From a virus (Duplodnaviria; Caudoviricetes): a stretch of 64,000 nucleotides of DNA. Under the pieces are notes generated by a model that searched no databases, was not told the origin of the DNA, and saw only the letters and a program-made list of their open reading frames with translations. Both the position numbers and the translations under genes were made by a program. Positions 1 to 9,813 of the stretch are shown in pieces. The stretch covers positions 17,247 to 81,246 of the IMG/VR virus record IMGVR_UViG_3300033067_000343; one strand, 5' to 3'. Numbering within the stretch: position 1 is the stretch's first letter; each line of letters begins with the position of its first letter.

Positions 1-1
1 G

Positions 2-382
2 TTGGAAAAGATTGGTAAAATGCAGAACGAACAATTGCCTGCATTGCTAGACACAATCCGTGACCAATTGGGCATTGAGCAAGCTGACAGCTTCAAAGGT
101 GCTGTTGCTCCGTTGCTACAAGACTTGGCTTCTACACTACAACAAGGCCGTGAAACAGCAGACAATGCTGCTCGTGGTTTAGCTGGTGAGCAAGTTGATC
201 AGCCAATGGGCTTAGGTGGTGGCATGGGCGGTCCAGGAATGGGTGGCATGGGCGACCTAGGGGGTGATATGGGTGGCGCTGCCGATTTAGGCGAGCCAAG
301 TGACTTAGACATGGGTGGCGACTTTGCTGCTACTGATGCTGCTGCTGGCGGATCTGCTGAACTAGGTAGAGAGCGTAGATAA
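2..382 (+). CDS. hypothetical protein, 5'-truncated, Gly/Met/Asp-rich C-terminus (probable virion-associated)
   Basis: ORF open from window edge; low-complexity GGMG tail; TAATG overlap with next gene. Confidence 0.6.
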   Translation: MEKIGKMQNEQLPALLDTIRDQLGIEQADSFKGAVAPLLQDLASTLQQGRETADNAARGLAGEQVDQPMGLGGGMGGPGMGGMGDLGGDMGGAADLGEPSDLDMGGDFAATDAAAGGSAELGRERR

Positions 383-825
383 TGCGTCTAAGCGAATTTG
401 TCACAGAAAGCAGTGGCCTTGGGGGAATGATTGAGGACGAAGCCGAATCTCGCGGCGATAGCGTTCTTTTAACTGCCCTTGAAGAGTTACGCAATAGAGC
501 ACACGGACATTCAGTTCCGCGTGTTCGTGTTGACGCTTTAGTGAACTTGATCAAGCGTTTGCCAGGTGGCGAAATGTTTAACGCAGAAGCATTGGAAAAC
601 GCCCGCAAGAGCAATGAAGCTGTTAAGAATTTAATTGCAGACATTAAAGACGACGAAGTACATGATCCTGCCGCAGGCGGTACTTCTATTGTTAAGTACG
701 TATACCTAACTCCATTTGATGATGATCCATTCTCAAATGAAGGCGGCGGCGGCACTTCAGCTGGTCAAACTGCACCGGAAAAAACTGTTTCTGGTATGGC
801 TAGCAGAGCACTCGGAAAACGATAA
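382..825 (+). CDS. hypothetical protein
   Basis: 147-aa ORF translationally coupled (TAATG); MRLSEF-type N-terminus typical of large-phage late proteins. Confidence 0.65.
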   Translation: MRLSEFVTESSGLGGMIEDEAESRGDSVLLTALEELRNRAHGHSVPRVRVDALVNLIKRLPGGEMFNAEALENARKSNEAVKNLIADIKDDEVHDPAAGGTSIVKYVYLTPFDDDPFSNEGGGGTSAGQTAPEKTVSGMASRALGKR

Positions 826-860
826 ATTATATCATACTTGTAGTTTAGATAATTACAAGT

Positions 861-1943
861 ATGATATTAGTTTACAGCGACAGCCAAATCATTGACAATG
901 AATGGCTACCACACATAAATTTCAAAACCCCTTACACACTATCTCACAGCATTGATGAGTTTGAAGCAGCAGAAGCCTCGCTAAAGGTTGCGTTCACTAC
1001 ACATCGTTTGCACTGTGACTTTGATACTGCGTACATTGGGTTTGAAGATAAAATCAATCGTTTAAGTTACATCAGTGACTTGGTGTTTACTTTTGAAAGT
1101 GAACTCCACAACTTCCATTGGCAAATTTGGGAAAAGTGCCACCATGACAATGTGTACTGGCTATTACCCGGTGCCGTAAATGATCGTGATGACATTAACA
1201 GTCACATTATTTGCTGGGGCGATTGGTTTAAAACCACAGCCAACATTTACAAAGCATTACCGGACAAGGTGTTGAACATTAACCCATATAGCACAAAGCC
1301 CAAATACTTTGATGCATTGCTAGGTAGTCCAAAGCCACATAGAGACTTTGTGTTTAATGCAGTTAATGAAAATGACCTAAACCACAAGATTATTATGACT
1401 TACGGTGGCGACTGGAAAGAAGGCGAATTCTACGCCAAGGATTACTTTATCTGGGAAGAAGGCACAACACCAATTGGACAAACAATCGGCACAGCAGACT
1501 GGGCAGACTATTGCGGGCAACGTGTGCATCTAAGCCAAATTATTCCTATTAAAGTGATGAATGACAGTGCCTATTCTATCATTGCCGAAACAGACTTTGA
1601 CAACACCCTAAGTTGCTTCACAGAAAAAACAGCAAAGCCAATGATTGCTAGACGTTTGTTTATTGCATTCACTGGATACAAGTTCTTGCACAATCTACGT
1701 GCGTTAGGATTCCAAACATTTGACGGAATCATTGATGAAAGCTACGACTTAGAGATCGACGATGCTAAACGCTACGCAATGGCGTTTGAACAAGTTAAGT
1801 ATTTGTGTGAGCAAGAACAAGATGTGGTCTACCGGAAAATTAAATCCATTGTAGACCACAACTATAATTTACTAATGACTCGAGACTGGACGCAATGGCC
1901 AGCAAAACAAATCGAAACAGTTATTAACTCTTTATCTGTTTAG
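861..1943 (+). CDS. putative glycosyltransferase-like protein (paralog 1 of 3)
   Basis: C-terminal IIAET..FTEKTAKP..RRLF..G..LHNLRALGFQTFDGIIDESYD shared with 29709-30821 and 36509-37597. Confidence 0.55.
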   Translation: MILVYSDSQIIDNEWLPHINFKTPYTLSHSIDEFEAAEASLKVAFTTHRLHCDFDTAYIGFEDKINRLSYISDLVFTFESELHNFHWQIWEKCHHDNVYWLLPGAVNDRDDINSHIICWGDWFKTTANIYKALPDKVLNINPYSTKPKYFDALLGSPKPHRDFVFNAVNENDLNHKIIMTYGGDWKEGEFYAKDYFIWEEGTTPIGQTIGTADWADYCGQRVHLSQIIPIKVMNDSAYSIIAETDFDNTLSCFTEKTAKPMIARRLFIAFTGYKFLHNLRALGFQTFDGIIDESYDLEIDDAKRYAMAFEQVKYLCEQEQDVVYRKIKSIVDHNYNLLMTRDWTQWPAKQIETVINSLSV

Positions 1944-2673
1944 TAACATATTCTGCCCAGGCTTGGTGTGCTTTGTGTCCTGGGTGGAATCCATCTTCCA
2001 TAAAATCATTCATGCTCTTGGCCAATTCATAAAGGCCATTACGCTCTGCATCTGTAAAGATCCACTTGTCTAGTTCGAGCTCTCTGATCATTGAATGTAG
2101 TCCGGGCATTGCTGTTACGCCAAAGTCGCCATTGGGACTAACGTTCTTCTTATCGTTCCAGTAGTTTACGTAACTCATAAACTTGTACTTGATACCTTTC
2201 GCTTCCAAGAAGTTTTTGAGCTTAACCATTTCAGTAATGTTAATGGTTGCTAAACTGTAGTCACTGGACACTTTGTACATTTCGTAGAACATCTTATGTG
2301 CAACAGGGTTCTTAAACCATGTGCCCATTTGACCACCGCTGAAAATATAACCTAGTTGATTGTCGGGTAGCCTACGATAAAACCCATAACTGTCAAACAA
2401 TTCGTTCCACGATGGGTCAGTGATGTCAGTTAAGTAATCTAATCGACTCACGCCACTCCACATTACTAGAACTTGATCGTACTTGCCCGGATTGTCTAGC
2501 ACTTCTCTGATAACGCTATCTGCGATGTATTGATTACCTGCCGCTGCTTCTGCGAGATTGGTAATCTCGTCGGTTGGGTTCATCTCACTAAAGTATCTTG
2601 GCCAACATACATTGGGTCCGCCGGGGAAATCGGGCCATTGACTAAAACTGCATCCGGATATTAGAATTTTCAT
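1924..2673 (-). CDS. SGNH/GDSL-hydrolase-like protein
   Basis: ISGCSFS block I and DGFHP block V motifs; start moved to ATG 2673, 5 nt downstream of TAAATA. Confidence 0.55.
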   Translation of the reverse strand: MKILISGCSFSQWPDFPGGPNVCWPRYFSEMNPTDEITNLAEAAAGNQYIADSVIREVLDNPGKYDQVLVMWSGVSRLDYLTDITDPSWNELFDSYGFYRRLPDNQLGYIFSGGQMGTWFKNPVAHKMFYEMYKVSSDYSLATINITEMVKLKNFLEAKGIKYKFMSYVNYWNDKKNVSPNGDFGVTAMPGLHSMIRELELDKWIFTDAERNGLYELAKSMNDFMEDGFHPGHKAHQAWAEYVTKQIKS

Positions 2674-2718
2674 CAAAATATTTATTGACTAATCCTTTTG
2701 TAACATTTATAATTACAT

Positions 2719-3429
2719 ATGATCATTCAACGTTACAACTACGAACCACTTAATAGAACCACAGTAGAAGGCAAGAGACATTATTGTTTACCAGACGGCA
2801 GTAAAGTTCCTAGCGTTACAACTATTCTAGATAAAACAAAAAGCCAGGAATCCAAAATAGCTCTTGCAAACTGGAAAAAACGAGTTGGTGAACAACAAGC
2901 TCAACAAATTGTTACTGAAGCGGCTAACCGCGGAACCAGGATGCATGCATACCTTGAACAGTATATCCTTCAAGATGACATGAAGCCGTTGCCCGATAAT
3001 CCTTTTGCCCACCCTAGTTGGTTTATGGCAGCAGAAGTTATTCTTAAAGGACTTGTAAATGTAGACGAGTTTTGGGGTACAGAAGTTCCTGTTTATTATA
3101 GTGGGTTATATGCTGGCACCACAGACTGCTTAGGTGTGTGGAAAGGCAGGCCCGCAATCATGGACTTTAAGCAAAGTAACAAGGTCAAGAAGCGTGAATA
3201 CATTTCTGATTACTTTTTGCAATTAGCAGCCTATGCAGCAGCACATAATGAAACGTATGGTACCAATATACGTGACGGTGTAATTTTGATGGCTGTGCAG
3301 CCAAAACAGCTAGAAGATGGCACCTTTTCGGCGCCAGAATACCTGGAATTTGAAGTCTCAGGAGACGAGTTTGACCACTGGAGCCAAGAGTGGATGAAAC
3401 GTGTGGAGCTCTATTATCTAACTAACTAA
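2719..3429 (+). CDS. PD-(D/E)XK exonuclease (Cas4-like/phage exonuclease family)
   Basis: PSVTTIL, A.RGT.MH, E.PV, YAGTTD, IMDFKQS motifs. Confidence 0.8.
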   Translation: MIIQRYNYEPLNRTTVEGKRHYCLPDGSKVPSVTTILDKTKSQESKIALANWKKRVGEQQAQQIVTEAANRGTRMHAYLEQYILQDDMKPLPDNPFAHPSWFMAAEVILKGLVNVDEFWGTEVPVYYSGLYAGTTDCLGVWKGRPAIMDFKQSNKVKKREYISDYFLQLAAYAAAHNETYGTNIRDGVILMAVQPKQLEDGTFSAPEYLEFEVSGDEFDHWSQEWMKRVELYYLTN

Positions 3430-3455
3430 ATACACAATAGTTAGAGGATTGACAC

Positions 3456-5027
3456 ATGGCTGTCGTACAGATTAGTAGAATTCAAGCCCGTAGAGGTTTA
3501 CAACAAGATTTACCAACCCTAGCAAGTGCCGAACTTGGCTGGAGCGTTGACCAGCGTAGATTGTTTATTGGTAACGGTACCCTTACTGAAGGCGCCCCTA
3601 CCGAAGGTGTTACTGAAATTTTAACTCAGTACACAGACTTAACAACAGTATTACGTAACTACACATTCCGCGGCAACGCGGGTGGATACACAGCACAAAC
3701 TGGTCCATCTATGTTGAGTCCGACTGTTCGTAGTTTCCAAGATAAACTTGACGATTTTGTTAACGTTAAAGACTTTGGTGCAACCGGTAACGGAGTTACT
3801 GATGACACAGCAGCGATTAATAGAGCCATTACACAGATCTATTATGCTCCACACCTAAATGATACAAGAGTACGCAGAACCTTGTATTTTCCTGCAGGTA
3901 CTTACAATGTATCTGGCACAGTGTTGTTAATTCCACCTTATGCACGTTTAGTTGGCGACGGTATTGAAAGTACCGTTATCCAACAAACAGACGGAACACA
4001 ACCTTGCTTAATGCAGGTAACTGACAGCTTGTACCAAACTGGTGCTAGCCTAGGTCAAAACAGTGCAACCCTACCTGGTTATGTAACTATTGAAGAAATG
4101 AGTTTAGCAAACACCAACGACAAGGACATTATTATCCTTGACAGTGTGATGCACTTTACATTCTTCTCCGTTGAGTTTTTAGGCAGTTTGTCTAACCCAA
4201 CTACCGCAGGTAGCCAAGCATACGCTGGCGTTAAGGTTAAGTCTTTTGCTCGTACCAGTGAAAACGTTAACTTCTGGTCTTGCAACTTTAAGAATACTCG
4301 TTACGCTGTGCTAAGTGATGACGCAGGTGCCGATGTTAAATTTAACGGATGCTCCTTCGTTGGTTTGTATAAAGGCATGAAGTTGGGCCAAAACAGTACG
4401 CCCACAACAATGCCATCTAACTACAAGATTATCAACTGCGTATTCTATAGCATTGCTAACTCCGCAATTGAATGCTATGCAGGTGTAAGCGGGGTATTGA
4501 GCTCTGGTAACAACTACCTTGACGTTGGCAATAACTTTGCTGGTGTGGGTAGCCCTGTAGCTCCTGTGTTGAGCTTTGTGTCTGACGGTAACTACAGCTT
4601 GTGCGACACCTTTGCACGTACTGATGCCGACGACCTTGTGCAAAAACGTATCAGCTACAACGGAAGCAAGTTTGTAAGCATTCAGTCTAACGTGGGCTTG
4701 GTATCTGGTAATTATGTAACTGGTATCGGCGGCACTGTGGTGTTAACAAACAATACACCAGTCTATGCGTCCACAGGTATTGTGTTACGTGATGCATGTC
4801 AAGTAAACTATACAATCATTCGTGGCATTACGTTAAGACATGGATCCTTTGTTTACGCTGGATCTAACTCTCAACAAAACTTTTCCGACAACTACATGAT
4901 GTCTGGATTAAATACTATCACATTATCAGCAGGCCTAACCCTAGGCGGCGATGCTGTTATTGTGTATCAGACTACTGATACTGGCGTTGACGCCACAATG
5001 AAATACAACATCAACTATTTTGATTAA
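3456..5027 (+). CDS. tail fibre/spike with pectate-lyase-like beta-helix
   Basis: N-terminal RIQARRG..L..AELGW..D..RLFIGNG anchor motif; VNVKDFGATGNGVTDDTAAINRAI; LYFPAGTY. Confidence 0.75.
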   Translation: MAVVQISRIQARRGLQQDLPTLASAELGWSVDQRRLFIGNGTLTEGAPTEGVTEILTQYTDLTTVLRNYTFRGNAGGYTAQTGPSMLSPTVRSFQDKLDDFVNVKDFGATGNGVTDDTAAINRAITQIYYAPHLNDTRVRRTLYFPAGTYNVSGTVLLIPPYARLVGDGIESTVIQQTDGTQPCLMQVTDSLYQTGASLGQNSATLPGYVTIEEMSLANTNDKDIIILDSVMHFTFFSVEFLGSLSNPTTAGSQAYAGVKVKSFARTSENVNFWSCNFKNTRYAVLSDDAGADVKFNGCSFVGLYKGMKLGQNSTPTTMPSNYKIINCVFYSIANSAIECYAGVSGVLSSGNNYLDVGNNFAGVGSPVAPVLSFVSDGNYSLCDTFARTDADDLVQKRISYNGSKFVSIQSNVGLVSGNYVTGIGGTVVLTNNTPVYASTGIVLRDACQVNYTIIRGITLRHGSFVYAGSNSQQNFSDNYMMSGLNTITLSAGLTLGGDAVIVYQTTDTGVDATMKYNINYFD

Positions 5028-5030
5028 TTA

Positions 5031-5468
5031 ATGTTTAAACTAGCAGCTACCGAGCGTTTGTCTCGGTGGCGTGAATTTCGAAAATCGCTGGACACCTTAT
5101 CTTTAGAACAAGCCGTAAAGGCCACTGTAGACTTTTGGCACGGGTGTCCTTTCTCTCCTTACTACCTTGATCCGGCAAAGCCTGAAGAATGGCCAAACCC
5201 GTGGACATTAATTGAAGAAAACTACTATTGCGATATTGCAAAAGCACTAGGCATGCTGTATACTATTAAGTTCACTGCACACAATCCTAGTGTAGAGCTA
5301 CGAATATATCTCGATCCAGAAACGCGGTACAGTTATAATTTAGTCTGGATTGACGACGGGAAATATGTTATTAATTTGATTGAAGGTGAAGTCGTAAATA
5401 AACAACTTGCCGATAATCTAACATTAAAGGTCAAATACGCAGACGAACTAAATTTGAATAGTTATTAA
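5031..5468 (+). CDS. hypothetical protein
   Basis: 145-aa ORF between tail fibre and nrdA. Confidence 0.65.
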   Translation: MFKLAATERLSRWREFRKSLDTLSLEQAVKATVDFWHGCPFSPYYLDPAKPEEWPNPWTLIEENYYCDIAKALGMLYTIKFTAHNPSVELRIYLDPETRYSYNLVWIDDGKYVINLIEGEVVNKQLADNLTLKVKYADELNLNSY

Positions 5469-5477
5469 GAGGAATCA

Positions 5478-7781
5478 ATGAGTCAAATACAAGTAACAAA
5501 AAGAGACGGACGTAAAGAGCCGCTAAATCTAGAAAAATTACATAAGGTTGTGTTTTGGGCAACCGAGGGCATTACAGGAGTTAGTGCTAGCGAAGTAGAA
5601 ATTAATAGTCATGTGCAGTTTTATAACGGTATCAAAAGCACAGACATCCAAGAAACCCTAATCAAGAGTGCAGCAGATTTAATTAGTGAAGAGTCACCCA
5701 ACTATCAATACGTTGCAGGTAGACTACTAACATATCACATCTACAAACAAGTATACGGCGGCTACACACCTTGGCCTCTACTAAAATTAGTTAAGCGTAA
5801 CATTGACATTGGTTACTACACTCCTGAGCTGTTGGAAAACTACTCAGAGGATGAGATCAATCAACTGGATACCTACCTCCACCACCGTCGTGATGAGAAC
5901 TTCACCTATGTTGCAATGGAACAATGGCGTGGCAAGTACCTAGTACAAAACCGCGTCACCAATGAGCTATACGAAACTCCACAGTCAGCATACATGATGA
6001 TTGCTGCCACGTTGTTTATGGCTTATCCTAAAGAAACACGTATGCAATGGGTAAAGGATTACTATGATGCTATTTCTAACTTTGATATTTCCTTGCCTAC
6101 TCCTGTTATGGCTGGGGTTCGCACTCCACAAAAACAATTTAGTTCGTGTGTGCTTATCGAGTCTGGCGATAGTTTGGACAGTATCAATGCTACTGCATCT
6201 TCAATCGTTAAATACGTCTCACAAAAAGCTGGAATTGGTATTGGAGCAGGACGAATTCGGGCGTTGGGTTCGCCTATCCGCTCCGGCGATGCGTACCACA
6301 CAGGAGTTACGCCCTTCCTTAAACTATTTCAGGCCGCAACACGCTCTTGTTCGCAAGGTGGCGTAAGAAACGGTGCAGCAACAATCTACTATCCAATTTG
6401 GCACTTAGAAGCCGAAGACCTATTGGTGTTGAAAAACAACAAAGGTACAGAAGACAACCGTGTTCGTCAAATGGACTACGGTGTGCAGTTCAACAAACTA
6501 ATGTATGAGCGTTTGATCACAGGCGGTGACATTACCCTGTTTAGCCCACATGATGTTCCTGAGATGTATGAAGCATTCTTTAACGACCAGGACAAGTTCC
6601 GTGAGTTGTATGAGAAAGCAGAACGTAACACCAAGCTACGTAAAAAGACTTTCAAGGCATCAGAACTGTTTAGCAAGTTCATGACTGAGCGTAAAGACAC
6701 TGGTCGCATTTATTTGATGAACGTGGACCATGCCAATACACATAGCCCATTCAAAGAAAAGCTACATCCTATCAAGATGAGCAACTTGTGTACAGAGATT
6801 GACTTGCCTACTAAGCCATTGAACGACATCAATGACGAACTAGGTCGTATTGCATTGTGTACTCTATCTGCACAGAACTGGGGCAACGTTAAGAAGCCGC
6901 AAGACTTTGAGCGTATGTGTACTCTAAGCGTTCGCGGTCTAGATGCTTTGTTGAGCTATCAGAACTATCCTGTTAAGGCAGCAGAACTAGCAACAAAAGA
7001 ATTCCGTCCAATTGGTAACGGCATTATCAACTTTGCTTACTTCTTGGCCAAGCACGATGTTAGCTACAGTGACCCTGCTGCACTTGCACTAGTTGACGAG
7101 TATGCAGAAGCATGGTCATACTACTTGATCAAAGCAAGTGCTGACCTAGCTAAAGAGCAAGGACCTTGCGAGAAGTGGGAAGAACTAAAGTATGCCGATG
7201 GTATCTTGCCAATCGACACACGTAAGAAAGAAGTTGACGAACTTGTTGAGCATAAAGAGCGTATGCCATGGCGTGCTCTGCGTGAACAGATCCTAGACTC
7301 CGGCATTCGCAATGCAACACTAATGGCTCTAATGCCAGCAGAAACATCTGCACAGATCTCTAATGCCACTAACGGTATTGAAGCTCCACGCAGCTATGTT
7401 TCTATTAAGCAAAGCAAGCACGGTGTATTGAAACAGGTTGTACCTGAATTTAAGAAACTTAAGAACAAATACGAATTGTTATGGGACCAACGTAGCCCGG
7501 AAGGCTACTTAAAACTTTGTGCAGTATTGCAAAAATGGATTGATCAAGGCATTAGTGTCAACACTTCGTACAATCCTAAGTTCTACGAAGATGAAAAGAT
7601 CCCTATGAGTGAGATGCTCCAGCACCTGATCATGTGCTACAAATACGGAACTAAACAACTTTACTATTTCAACACCAATGATGGTCAGGGCGAAATTGAC
7701 GTTGATAAGTTATCAGCTGCATTACAATTGCCAGCAGAAGAACTTATGGACCAAGAAGATTGCGATTCCTGCGTAATTTAA
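5478..7781 (+). CDS. nrdA: class Ia ribonucleotide reductase alpha subunit
   Basis: ATP cone (VTKRDG), SSCVLI, GGVRNGA, SNLCTEI, PAETS, C-terminal CDSC. Confidence 0.97.
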   Translation: MSQIQVTKRDGRKEPLNLEKLHKVVFWATEGITGVSASEVEINSHVQFYNGIKSTDIQETLIKSAADLISEESPNYQYVAGRLLTYHIYKQVYGGYTPWPLLKLVKRNIDIGYYTPELLENYSEDEINQLDTYLHHRRDENFTYVAMEQWRGKYLVQNRVTNELYETPQSAYMMIAATLFMAYPKETRMQWVKDYYDAISNFDISLPTPVMAGVRTPQKQFSSCVLIESGDSLDSINATASSIVKYVSQKAGIGIGAGRIRALGSPIRSGDAYHTGVTPFLKLFQAATRSCSQGGVRNGAATIYYPIWHLEAEDLLVLKNNKGTEDNRVRQMDYGVQFNKLMYERLITGGDITLFSPHDVPEMYEAFFNDQDKFRELYEKAERNTKLRKKTFKASELFSKFMTERKDTGRIYLMNVDHANTHSPFKEKLHPIKMSNLCTEIDLPTKPLNDINDELGRIALCTLSAQNWGNVKKPQDFERMCTLSVRGLDALLSYQNYPVKAAELATKEFRPIGNGIINFAYFLAKHDVSYSDPAALALVDEYAEAWSYYLIKASADLAKEQGPCEKWEELKYADGILPIDTRKKEVDELVEHKERMPWRALREQILDSGIRNATLMALMPAETSAQISNATNGIEAPRSYVSIKQSKHGVLKQVVPEFKKLKNKYELLWDQRSPEGYLKLCAVLQKWIDQGISVNTSYNPKFYEDEKIPMSEMLQHLIMCYKYGTKQLYYFNTNDGQGEIDVDKLSAALQLPAEELMDQEDCDSCVI

Positions 7782-7793
7782 TAAAGAACTAAT

Positions 7794-8921
7794 ATGAGCG
7801 TATTCAATTTAAACGACACTAAAAAACACACTGAAAAATTGGCGTTCTTAGATAACTCTGGGCCCACAGCGGTCCAGCGTTACGAGACACTAAAGTACAG
7901 ACAATTCGACAAGCTCACAGACAGACAACTAGGCTTCTTTTGGAGACCAGAAGAAATCGACGTTATGCGTGACTCCAAAGACTTCAAGGAGTTAACAGAC
8001 TTTGAACAACACATTTTTACAAGCAATCTTAAGCGACAAATACTTTTGGATAGTGTGCAAGGCCGTAGCCCTAACCTCGCTTTTCTACCTCTATGCAGTT
8101 TGCCTGAGCTGGAGACATGGATCCAAACTTGGGCATTCAATGAAACGATCCACAGTCGTTCTTACACCCATATTATTCGTAATGTCTATAGCGACCCTGG
8201 CCGAGTGTTTGATGAGCTAATGCAAATTGAGCCAATTGTTAACTGTGCAAAAGACATCAGCAAGTATTACGATGATGTAATTGAGTACAGCACTTGGCAT
8301 CGTGCATTGGGCGTGGGCAAGCATTTTGTCAATGGCAAGGAAATTGTCGTTGACGAGTATGAACTAAAGAAGCGTCTATGGCTAGCGATTAACAGCGTTA
8401 ACGCACTTGAAGGCATTCGCTTCTACGTTAGCTTTGCTTGCTCATGGGCATTCGCAGAGTTGAAGAAGATGGAAGGTAACGCCAAGATCATTAAACTGAT
8501 CTGCCGCGATGAAAACTTGCACCTAGCGTCTACACAGACACTAATCAAGTTGTTGCCACAAGATGACCCAGACTTTGCAAAGATTAAAGAAGAGACTAAA
8601 GAAGAATGTACGGCCATGTTCTTGAGTGCAGCAGCACAAGAAAAAGACTGGGCAAAGTACTTGTTCAAGGACGGTTCAATGATTGGACTTAACACACAAT
8701 TGCTATGCCAGTATGTTGACTGGTTAACATGCAAGCGTATGAACACTGTTGGCTTAGAGTGTGGCATGAAGCCAGGTTCTAACCCATTGCCTTGGACACA
8801 GAAATGGATTGCAGGCAGCGAAGTGCAAGTGGCACCACAGGAAACTGAAATCACTACATACGTAGTTGGTGGTACCAAGCAAGACGTTGATGGCAATACT
8901 TTTAAAGGCTTTAGTCTCTAA
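7794..8921 (+). CDS. nrdB: class Ia ribonucleotide reductase beta subunit
   Basis: FFWRPEE, LLDSVQ, ETIHSRSYTHI, LEGIRFYVSF, RDENLH, QETEITTY tail. Confidence 0.97.
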   Translation: MSVFNLNDTKKHTEKLAFLDNSGPTAVQRYETLKYRQFDKLTDRQLGFFWRPEEIDVMRDSKDFKELTDFEQHIFTSNLKRQILLDSVQGRSPNLAFLPLCSLPELETWIQTWAFNETIHSRSYTHIIRNVYSDPGRVFDELMQIEPIVNCAKDISKYYDDVIEYSTWHRALGVGKHFVNGKEIVVDEYELKKRLWLAINSVNALEGIRFYVSFACSWAFAELKKMEGNAKIIKLICRDENLHLASTQTLIKLLPQDDPDFAKIKEETKEECTAMFLSAAAQEKDWAKYLFKDGSMIGLNTQLLCQYVDWLTCKRMNTVGLECGMKPGSNPLPWTQKWIAGSEVQVAPQETEITTYVVGGTKQDVDGNTFKGFSL

Positions 8922-8945
8922 GATATATAATACACAAGGAGACAT

Positions 8946-9188
8946 ATGTTAACAGTTTATTCAAAGAACCATTGCCCCTTTTGCGATCAAGCAAAGGCGC
9001 TACTAAAAAGCAAAGACATTCCGTTTGAGGAAGTTAAGATTGACGAAAGCACTGAAGCCCGTGAGTTTATCATGGCAGAAGGTCATCGCACAGTCCCACA
9101 AATTTACAAAGACGGTAAAGTGTTTGTAGAAGGTGGCTTCCAAGGACTACGTAAACTAAATGAAGATCAATTAAAGGCAGCTCTATAA
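8946..9188 (+). CDS. glutaredoxin
   Basis: CPFC active site, RTVPQI motif; follows nrdB. Confidence 0.9.
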   Translation: MLTVYSKNHCPFCDQAKALLKSKDIPFEEVKIDESTEAREFIMAEGHRTVPQIYKDGKVFVEGGFQGLRKLNEDQLKAAL

Positions 9189-9505
9189 TGCTAGTTTCAA
9201 ATTCAAGTAAGTATGAAAAAGATGACGTTGTCACTTTCAAGATGGTCAACGGTGACGAGATTGTTGCCAAGATTATTGAAGACGGCGGTATGAGCTTTAC
9301 TGTGGATCGCCCCTGCACTGTTGTGCCAAGCCACCAAGGCATCGGCCTAACACAGAGCTTGTTCACTAGTGATGTTCGTAAGCCAATTGTCATTAGCAAG
9401 AATCACGTCATGTTCTCTTGCGAAACAATTAAGGAAATGGCCAATCACTATTTCCAAATCACTACAGGTATTCAACCTGTAACCGCAGGAAGCATTGTAA
9501 CCTAA
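9188..9505 (+). CDS. hypothetical protein (Sm/LSm-like beta fold possible)
   Basis: VVTFKMVNGDEIVAK pattern; coupled to neighbours. Confidence 0.55.
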   Translation: MLVSNSSKYEKDDVVTFKMVNGDEIVAKIIEDGGMSFTVDRPCTVVPSHQGIGLTQSLFTSDVRKPIVISKNHVMFSCETIKEMANHYFQITTGIQPVTAGSIVT

Positions 9506-9792
9506 TGGCAGGAGCAGCACGCCTTGGAGACCCAGACACTAGTGACGGAACAATCATTAGTGGAGTAAGCACGGATGTGATTATCAATGGGCAAGGTGCT
9601 GCTATTGTGGGCAGTGTAGACAGCCCACATGCCCCTTACGGTCCACCACACCCACCTCATGCGGCTGCTACTATTACTGTTGGCAGCAGTTCTGTTATTG
9701 TTAACGGACAAGGTTTGGCGTTTGCGGGCAGTGACTTAAGTTGCGGCCATGCCATTAAAAGTGGCAGCGATGACGTCGATATTGCGCCATAA
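9505..9792 (+). CDS. PAAR-domain spike tip protein
   Basis: AARLGD, VIINGQGAAIVG, PH..H, CGH metal-binding pattern. Confidence 0.88.
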   Translation: MAGAARLGDPDTSDGTIISGVSTDVIINGQGAAIVGSVDSPHAPYGPPHPPHAAATITVGSSSVIVNGQGLAFAGSDLSCGHAIKSGSDDVDIAP

Positions 9793-9813
9793 GTACTATA
9801 ATAGGATAAAAAT

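Noticed and set aside
2719-3429. CRISPR-associated Cas4
   Set aside because: No array or other cas genes, and no Fe-S cysteine set; fits stand-alone phage exonuclease
5478-8921. Intein or intron in nrdA/nrdB
   Set aside because: Both have normal lengths and uninterrupted motifs
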